Assembly (NCBI GenBank): GCA_002633005.1
Contig: NMRA01000827.1
Coordinates: 54,741 to 118,740, forward strand
Length of the DNA stretch: 64,000 nucleotides
Reading direction: 5' to 3'
Source of the DNA: Phoronis australis
Taxonomy: Eukaryota; Animalia; Phoronida
Under the pieces are notes generated by a model. The model made no database searches. It saw only the letters and a program-made list of their open reading frames with translations, and was not told where the DNA came from. Each line of letters begins with the position of its first letter. Positions within the stretch are counted from its first letter, which is position 1. Both the position numbers and the translations under genes were made by a program. Below are positions 55,545 to 64,000 of this stretch, piece after piece.

Positions 55545-58500
55545 GCACTTAACACTCAGAGAATGCTTTATGGAACTGAACACGAACTGGATGCAGTCGC
55601 AACAATGACATCTAAAGTGTTGCCGTTTCTGTTTCCAGAACTGAGCTATTACGAAGAAGGATGCCAAACAATACCTCACGGCGACAATGCAGCATTCATG
55701 GTAGTGAGTTCGCATGGCAGTCTCTGGACAAATGATAATGCAGAACCAATAATGATGTATGAAAACAAGTGCAAACCACCCCAGTCCTATAATCCTAACG
55801 CATACTACAAGATTCCTAAATATTACGCTGTACAGTTACTCTCTGAGATGTTTGCTTATAGATGTGACAAATTACTCTTTACGTGCTGGTCAGAGACGTC
55901 CCCTACTGCTTCCATGGTTAATTTCGACCATCATCTATGGGGAATGTGCTGGGAGGAAATGACAGAAGTGTATGGCAGTCCAAATCCAAAGCTACCTACC
56001 AAGTTCAGACCTAGTCGAAAGTTCATCCAAGAACAAATCGCTGCATTTATGGAGAATAATATCCACTTTCTCGCTGAGTTTATGTCGTGTGTTGCTGTGA
56101 GATCACCATCGTCAGACGTCCAAAGTGATGACGTTTATATATCGCCACAGAGTTCAAATGACGCCAAGCCAATTTCTACAGCTAAAGACTTACAGAACTG
56201 CCTTGTGTCGACGAAAAACTGGATTAATCGGGCTTATCAGTTGTCTAGGACAACTGCATCCGAGATTCTGGTCTACATGGTGAACAATTTAGACCGGACT
56301 TACCATGCCGAAATAAATGTTGCTCATCCTATAGCGTATGCAATGAAGGGAACAAGTATGAATAATGTCACCTTTAGAAGTATGATGAATCACGTTATCT
56401 CTGAATGTGAAGCAAGGGGTCTAAACGTGCTGGCCACGTCTAGTGATGGACAATGGCATAAGTACGGAGTTCGCGGTGATGACAACGAACCATTGACTGT
56501 CTTGCAATTACAGAAAGATCACTGGTCAAGTGTGATGTCACAAGATAAGAAGACGATTTTGTCCCAAATAAAATCTAAAGCAAGTGTAAAGAGTTTTCCT
56601 GAAGATGTCCAAAAAAGAGTACAATGTCAATGGTTCCGTGACTGTCTGGCATAAGACAGATTCACCGATGACCGGGTATCTAAACACAGAGCACTCAAAA
56701 TCCCAGAGAAATGCAATCATTGATGCTACTTGCCAGAACAGATATGATGGAACTGAATCTCAGCTGTTATCTGTAAAAGAAACATGTCTCGCACTCCTTG
56801 AGGATTAACACTTTGAAAACACCTCTCTCGAAACTCTAAATGCTGTTGAAAATATAATTGAAAGCTCAGTAACAAATAACGTGCAGAATTCGCATGAGTT
56901 CCTTGGACAGGACTATTTTGTCGAACCATGGTTGTTCCAAGAAGAACCGATTGCTACACAAAGTTTTGGCGTAACATCTGACGTGCTCTCTGGGGCTTTT
57001 GAGGCCATGTACAGTAATGGCCATGACGACTTCTATGTGCAAACTGTGATCGATATGAGTGTTGATAAAATACCTTTAAGAAGAGATGGTGACCATATGG
57101 AATTGGGCGAAGAAAATCTCAACTACGCAGTATATGCCAATGATGACAACACATGTGTGGACACAGAACATGTACTTCAAAGTAAGGAGAATGGAAATGC
57201 GGAGTTGTTAGTTTCTGAGAATCGTTACACTGTGGACACTGCAACGTCTGAATCCATGCTGAATGCTTTAAAAGCAAATGAAATGGCTGAAAACTATCAT
57301 AAATGGTCACAAAAACTGTTGAAGACTTCAAAAGACTTTTTGCATGTAAGACCACTTGCAATAAGGCACTCCACAAGTGAACTCCAAATGTGTCTACAAG
57401 TGTTACGTGTGCAGCACGGTGTTTGTTTTGACATTAAACCTTAAAGAAGGAGCTAGTTCAGTTGTTCATGTCTACATTGAACTTTGGGGTAAATCCCCCT
57501 ATAGGAAGTATCATCAGCGCAATCCAAGTGTTTGCTCACTTAGAAAAATGTGTTGTTCTGTTTTAGAACGTGCATCAAAACAAGAGCTTGCTAAGATTCT
57601 CGCTAGCAGAAGACACATGTCATAAAGCTTTACAACAGTGGATTGAATCTGGACCATTGTACCACACTTCGTGTTTTCTTGATAGTGAAAATAGTATGAA
57701 GAATTGGTTTTCTCGTCCAAATACTGACCAATACGGCAAGAACAGGTTCCACTTCACCGACGCCTATCACATTTTGACTTGTATTAGGACAAAACTCTGT
57801 ACTACTGGAATTGCTGGTTTAAAGCGAAAAGCATGGGAAGATGTTGCTCTATCTCGCAAAACCCATCTCAATATTGCTGCGATTGAGGATTGCATTGACA
57901 AGCAAGATGTAGCTTTAGCAAGACGTGTATTTTCCAGGGATGTTCAAGAAAATATGCTTGACGAATATGTCGAGAAAGAATTTTGTGAGTTAATTCGAAA
58001 CTGGTTTGATGCCGAGGACGAGCCTGCCATACCTGCTGCTGAAAGATGCATCCGAAGGCTTCGACTTACAAAATGGCTTTTAGAAGAATTTGCAGTGAAC
58101 ACATTTCCGCCACAAACCCGATATATCAGAGGCATACCGATACAGACTTTCGAGGCATTGTTGGTGCACTTGGAAAGGAAAATGCAAATTTTCCCTTTCT
58201 GCAGAAATCAAACATATAAGGTTCGTGCAATAGGTTCTCAGCAGGTGGAAAACTTCTTTTCAACATTCCGAGATATGAACTCCACTGGACAAGGGAGACC
58301 AAAACCAGACTCCATTCCTCAAATGATGACAGCAGTTGCAGATTTAGACTACTGCAGAATTGACCCAAGCAGGTAAGCATGATTTAGAATCAAGCTTTTT
58401 TCCTACACATGATTAACTGTAAATTACGTGGACATATCAACTCTCATGTTTGATATTTTACAAAAGTGTTATTTTTTCAGTTAAAATTTTGAAGATGTGG

Positions 58501-60205
58501 CAACAAAACGCTCCGTGAATAAAAAATGAAAAAAATGTTTCACATACCTATCCTCTGAGCTGTGACAGGAAAAAAGTTTTGAGGGCGATGTAAGTGTAAA
58601 TTTATTTTCACACAAGGGCTCGTATGTATAATCAAAATAGTTAGGAACTAGTTGAACTGTAAGAAATTATATTAATTTAACACTTAGCTTGTCAGGTTTT
58701 GTAAGAGGTGCCACTAAGAATTTGAATTGTTTCAAATGTATTCACATTTACATGTTTAATCTTCTATAAAACCCCCTACTTGGTTTCAGATCATTCTATA
58801 TGTCAACCCCACGAGCCGGAGTGTATCCAATGAGACAGTTTGAGTCCGATGAAACCCAAGAATGTTTTCACGGCCAAACGCAAGACATTCATTCTGCATT
58901 AGTTTTTAGTCTGATAACTCCGAGGTTAGTGTTATGTGATACACGTTAACTGTAATTGTTTTCTTATATACATTACTTTTTTCTGTAGTCAACTTTCTCT
59001 TTTTTCGTCTTCATCTATTCGTTATCATGTCGCGTATTAGTGCTGATAAAGTCACGTAAAGCACCATTGTTTTAAAAAATATTCAAATCGTGGCATTTTC
59101 AAATAAGCAAGGTCTTCATGAGCGCCGGGTCAAAAATACCCTTCAATAAATAAACGTCCAAGCGCTTGTGCGTCGTATTACGGTATTTCCACTACTTTGA
59201 AAACAACGGGCAAGTGTAATGCAGCTTACAGGCTAGCGTCGAAAGCTTAAAAGGAGGATTGATTACTCATTAAATTTTGAGACGTCATAAGGTCGCAACC
59301 CTTTCATTCTCTTCAGTAGACGACGATACAAAATTCAAGATTCCTTTTTCCAGGGACCATTACTTTGATTCAGTGCAAAGAGATCGGAAGAAGCATCTTC
59401 GGAAAGGAGGGAAAGTGTCGTTGCCAAGCGAGTCCGCCCATGGTGAGAAAGGAGTGCGACAACACCATTCGCGAGATGACTCGAAGATACCTGCTCATAA
59501 ACGACTCGGATTTCAAAATTTGTCAGAAGTTGTGTAGCCAAAAGTATTGTGGTGATAAAAGTGGTGGGATTTTGTTTAATGGTTTACTAATAACATCCAT
59601 ACAGAGTTGAACAAGACTGACTTGCTACATCCTTGTGGCTTGTATGTGTTTGTGTTCTTGGACCCGAGTTCACTGTGCTATTTCAGTTCATGGGACATTG
59701 AAAAAGAGTGAGAGGAGTTGTAATACACATACTATATTGTGATTTTCTCAAAACGTGACAATGTTGTCTTTAAGTCATTTCAAGACACACTATAGTAACT
59801 ACACTGGAAATCAACAATATGAAAGCAAATTCCGTAATAATAGTAATTGTTTAGTCACACATCATCTCAAAATAGGTCATAAAAATATATAAAATATAGC
59901 TCTGGGTAGTCAACATTACAAAGGCATTGAACATTCCCCACGAGGTATTTTTGGAATGCATTGCACTTATTATAGACACTTATTTTATCTATCTTAAACA
60001 GAACCAGTGCATTTTTGTAGTGTTTAGGTATATTCAAATGACCGTACTAAGTGCCATTGGCCATTGTTATTACCATAAGATTTTAAAAAGAAAATAACAC
60101 AAATGTAGAAACTTTAGAAAAAGGTTCAAAATATCACATCTGGCAACTGCCAACCATAAACTCTTTTAATCAGAATAAAAACTTAAGCAAATTTCACTAC
60201 TGGAC

Positions 60206-60715
60206 TTAACGAAGCTTCTGTTTTTTGTGCCTACAGAGGGAGGCATAATGCTTGTACGATTTGCCGCATTCACAACAGAAAGCAGTGACCTCATGTTGTG
60301 ACGCGATGTGTCGCTTTTAGGCTCACTTTCTCTGTGAAACATTGGTTGCAGGCATGACACTGAATTGTCTTGTCTCCTGAGCACAGTGCTTCATGTTGTG
60401 ACTTTTTATACCTATTGAAAAACTTCTTGCCACATGAAACACGTGGAAATGCTTTGTAGTTTGCGTGCTGGCTCATGTGATCTTGAAACTTTGTTTGTCT
60501 CACGAACACTTTCCCACAGTCCGTCACTGGGCAGGTGAACGTCTTGGTTGCAGTCCTGTCACAATACTTTGTTGCCATGTGGTCAAGCAGTGTTGATTTT
60601 TTACTAAACGAAGCTCCACAAGTCACACATTGTCCTTTGTCACAAGCACTAGTTCTCCTTTTTGAAGGTGTAGACGTTAAGAAGCGAAAAGACTCATCTT
60701 GTGGCAGAAGTTCAA
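60206..60715 (-). pseudogene. Multi-C2H2 zinc-finger protein exon inside the transposon, with one frameshift
   Basis: Acceptor TTTTTTAG at 60716. Fingers CVTC..F..L..H, CPVTDC.K.F..F..H...H, (R)VSC.K.F...H...C and CHAC..F..L. After a frameshift: RHIASQH and CCECGKSY..L.RH, then a stop. Confidence 0.8.
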
Positions 60716-61748
60716 CTAAAAAATATCAAAAGCATTTCAGTTATACTTGTTAGGTTAAATCTCACAAAAATCAAGAAAAACAGTGAAGTATAATAAACAA
60801 TCAACCCACCCGGCGCCTATTTCAGGGTACGTATTAAATGTAAAACTGACATAACACCGTAACTTGAACGAGTATTCAGGCCAATGCATAGAAAAAGAAT
60901 GTGCGTTCACGATCGCTTTTTTTGCGTTCACGATCGCCATATGAAAGTAAGGATTTCGTTCTCGATCGCCGTCTCACCCAAGGACAAGATTGTATTGGTA
61001 AATATCTCGAATTGTTTCACAAAACATAACTTCGAAAGGTGTCACCTGGGGCAATGAAGCTCTAAACGTCACACTTCTTTACTTTAGAACTCTGGAACTG
61101 CTAATAACAGGTAAAACTTGTCGACTTAACGACGCGCAAGGCATTTTATCGGAAGGCATTACTGCTGGGCCGTTTATTTGATGAAATAAGCAAAAGCCAG
61201 GCATCATTTCAGATTGGCAACAAAGGTTAAGCTCTGACGCTTTTCTCTGTGTCGCATTCGTGCCAAAGTAGCCACTATTTAAGAAGAAAATGACACTAAG
61301 ACTCACCGGGTACATCATCGTCGTCTGCCATTTTTGCGGCAAAGTGTCGTTCTCGATCGCTTTCCGGTCGTTCCCGATCGCGGGTTGGCCGGGGTGTGCA
61401 TGCATGAGTTCATATTGGAATGGTGTTGCAAATGCACCGGGTAATACGGTCTGTTTGCGCCTTTACTTGACGCTTCGTTTCAATATAACAACATTGCCCC
61501 AAAAACAACTCTGCCAGTCGATCATGAATTTGTCAAATTAGAACACCCGGAACACTATCTGACGACTTGACAGTTAATTGATATCGAGCATTTATTGGTC
61601 GATACGTAATGCGTAAAATTGGGACAAGTAATCCCAGCTTTAGTTATCCTTCATTGTGTTCAACTAGCGGAATGTCCGGTCAGACTTTGCTGCTTGTTTT
61701 CCCTTGGTTCAATAAGGAATGGCGAGGCGTTGCGTTTGTAGTGGTTGT

Positions 61749-61910
61749 CAGTGACGGATTTAGAGAGGGGCCAAGGTGGCCATGCCCCTCCCTAAAACTC
61801 CCCCATATCCCATATTTGTCAGTTTGGGGGAGCGAATGACGGTCTGACGGGAAAAATCCTGGCTAATACTTTGCCCCCCCCCCCAACTAAAAATCTTGGA
61901 TCCGCTTCTG
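61749..61910 (+). mobile_element. GC-rich MITE, same family as 28855-28996, with a 5-bp TSD
   Basis: CAGTGACGGAT...ATCCGCTTCTG flanked by GTTGT on both sides. Shares an internal CCATATTTGTCAGTT block with the 28855 copy. Confidence 0.8.
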
Positions 61911-62561
61911 GTTGTGTATTTGACCTCGCTGTGACTTTTTCCACTTCCCCACGAGACGCTGAAGAAGCGCGGATATGGCATAACTATGTATATGAAACTC
62001 GCGTGTTGGTTGACATGACACTTTGGCGCTGGGTACGTTCACATGCCATACTCATGACCATGCAGGTAAGAAACTTTCAATTCAACTGAAGTTGGTTTCC
62101 TTCGATTTTCTCGTTTTTGGGATTGAATTCACGACTGTCACGTGATATGCAGTATTACAGTGTATAAAGAGAGGCCAGGGTTAATGATGCTGGCAATGTA
62201 GCCACTCGTCAAAACAAGGTAAATGATGGTTTTAACCACTTAAGACCTTTCATAGAACTAGTTCCAGGCTTTTTAGGTTACACAACAAGATTCGCACAAA
62301 GCAGTTGAACATCAAGACTGTTATACACAGCCCCGAGCACTGAAGAGAGATCAGTAGGTCTAGCCAAAGTACGTACGCGTGCAAGTTTTTGTAACTCATT
62401 TTCTAGGTACTGCTTTGTACTACTTACCCGTCTTCTGTTGTTTAGTTGCGCATCCCTAGTCCTTGGCAAATTCAGAATCCACCTATAGGTGGAGCACCAT
62501 GCATGTAGAACACAAGTACTCAAAACAACCGTGCCTCACGCATGAACGGCTCACGGACCTG

Positions 62562-62999
62562 TGCCCGGTTGCATGAAACAGTCCCAAATAGGTACTCACC
62601 TACGTTCCCTAAATCTTTTTTGCGTATTTGTTTCGTTCTTTACTCACAGATGTTATATTTTTCAGTCATTTTGTCCTTATTATGAGCTCTTGTTTGATTA
62701 TGAATTTTTCTAATAATATAACTAAAAACTGAGCTCTTAATTCAGTCAAAATAATTAGGGACTTAATCCTTAAATTAGGAGCGTTTCATGAAAAGATCCC
62801 TACTTATTTTCAATGATGATGAGAATTCAATGTAGAGTTTACTCTCGATTTGTATCAAAGCCAAAGACTGGCTCAGTACTGAATGAAACTCAAACAGCAT
62901 CAGAAGAGATAACCGCTGTTTTCATAAGTCCACAAATACGCAGTAGATTTAGGGAACATAGTTGAGTCCCTATTTGGGACTGTTTCATGCAACCGGGCA
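62562..62999. mobile_element. PIF/Harbinger-like MITE
   Basis: ~55 bp TIRs TGCCCGGTTGCATGAAACAGTCCCAAATAGG... flanked by CTG on both sides. A partial copy lies at ~42950-43015. Confidence 0.8.
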
Positions 63000-63037
63000 C
63001 TGGAGCATTAGCTCGTTGACACAAAAACTGGTGCCGA

Positions 63038-63450
63038 CACTCCCTTACAAAAATGAACTTAAGTTTTTCGCTGAAAACTTAAGTTTTTCAGCACAATGTT
63101 AAGTTTTTCAGAAAACTTAAGTTTTTTCAGGTGTAAAACTTAAGTTTTCACAAATAAACTTAAGTTTCATGTAATAACTTAAGTTTTCATGAAAACTTAA
63201 GTTTTTTGAACTAACAAAACTTAAGTTTTTCTGATAACTTAAGTTTATCACAAAACTTAAGTTTTTGTAGTTTTAAAAACTTAAGTTTTCCTGAATTATT
63301 AAGTTTTTCGAAAACTTTAGTTTTTCCAATTATAGAAACTTAAGTTTTCCTGACTTCTTAAGTTTTTCAGAAAACTGGATTTTTTCATGTTTGGAAAACT
63401 TGAATTTTCTAAAAACTCTAAGGTTTCTATGTGATGAAATTTACGTTTTC
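63038..63450. repeat. Array of palindromic AAAACTTAAGTTTT motifs, probably the end of a CACTA-like non-autonomous element
   Basis: More than a dozen copies of AACTTAAGTTTT, decaying rightwards, preceded by CACTCCCTTACAAAAA. Confidence 0.7.
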
Positions 63451-64000
63451 TAGTTTTTAAAATTTGAATATAGTGAGATATTTTTTAATTTTTGGTTCAA
63501 AAATTTTCCCATTATTTTCCAACAAAAAATAATTATTTGCTCATGCAAAACCCATCGTCTCATAAAAATGTTGCCCGAATGTTTCCTTAACATTTATATA
63601 GATACAAACCATAAAAGGACGAAAGTTTAACCAGTACTGATTTAGTGCAATTACGTAATCATTATCGCACGTGAATTTAAATGTAGACGAACATCCGGTG
63701 ACCAACAGCAGTAAGAATGTATCCAATGTTAATCCCCTGAGATACTGACCTGGTCAGTACAATCTAATCAATAGAACTCATGTAATTCTTAAAAAAACGT
63801 AGTTATTGTGCAAGTTTCCTTTGTGTTGAGTTGTATTCGTAAGGCAGTTTCCACCGGAAGTCAACAGTTTGAATTTTATAACGACAGTCAACTTCGAAGA
63901 AAAAGTCGTGTGTTGGCTAGCCCGCGACAATGAAGTTTATATTACTACGAGCTGAGCCAGCAAGAAGACATTTCACAAGTTTTGGAAGTCAGGTTAGTGC

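Larger units (their letters stand above)
47309..59537 (+). pseudogene. Spliced DDE transposase-YqaJ exonuclease fusion, disrupted by frameshifts and a nested insertion
   Basis: Putative exons 47309-47343, 48122-58372 (interrupted at 49567-55552), 58790-58924 and 59354-59537, all GT-AG and phase compatible. Motifs in order: FHCYYC..H...HP finger; ILAVDGKK; YqaJ motifs QQRTPEWF..R..VTGS, YGTEHE, VSSHGS, ENKC, YYAVQ; then ATSSDGQW, FTDAYH, DKQDVALARRVFS and QQVENFFSTFR. Confidence 0.85.
47174..61396 (+). mobile_element. Large TIR DNA transposon encoding a P/THAP9-like transposase with an embedded YqaJ nuclease domain, plus a convergent C2H2 zinc-finger gene
   Basis: ~60 bp TIRs, first 22 bp identical (CACCCCGGCCAACCCGCGATCG). 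TGCAT duplicated at 47169-47173 and 61397-61401. Internal coding remnants on both strands. Confidence 0.9.

Noticed and set aside
49286-56654. Endogenous virus or phage origin for the YqaJ ORFs
   Set aside because: No capsid, polymerase or packaging genes nearby. The domain is continuous with transposase motifs and lies inside TIRs.
47174-61396. RAG/ProtoRAG or Transib identity for the large element
   Set aside because: CAC ends and the 5-bp TSD fit, but there is no RSS-like heptamer/nonamer and no RAG2-like kelch/PHD gene. The catalytic motifs look P/THAP9-like.

Overview
This is AT-rich, repeat-dense eukaryotic DNA, most likely from a marine invertebrate (spliceosomal introns, SINE/MITE debris, N gaps). 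It holds one intact-looking host gene: a 5-exon Mohawk (Mkx) TALE-class homeobox gene on the minus strand (22354-41542, 413 aa by my splice reconstruction). There is also a partial VOPP1/WBP1-like single-pass membrane gene (+, 12365-14143). The most unusual object is a ~14.2 kb DNA transposon (47174-61396) with ~60 bp CAC-starting TIRs, a 5-bp TGCAT target duplication and mirrored GCGATCGRGAACG motif clusters. It carries two convergent genes. One is a spliced, now disrupted transposase with P-element/THAP9-like motifs and a YqaJ/lambda-exonuclease domain inside its catalytic fold. The other is a five-finger C2H2 gene. A ~6 kb Academ-like element interrupts the transposase. At 4168-9788 a non-autonomous Kolobok element has a sister copy inserted into it in opposite orientation, and both copies carry the same Helentron-like (HINE) passenger. 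All family assignments come from motif recognition by eye; no database searches were run.
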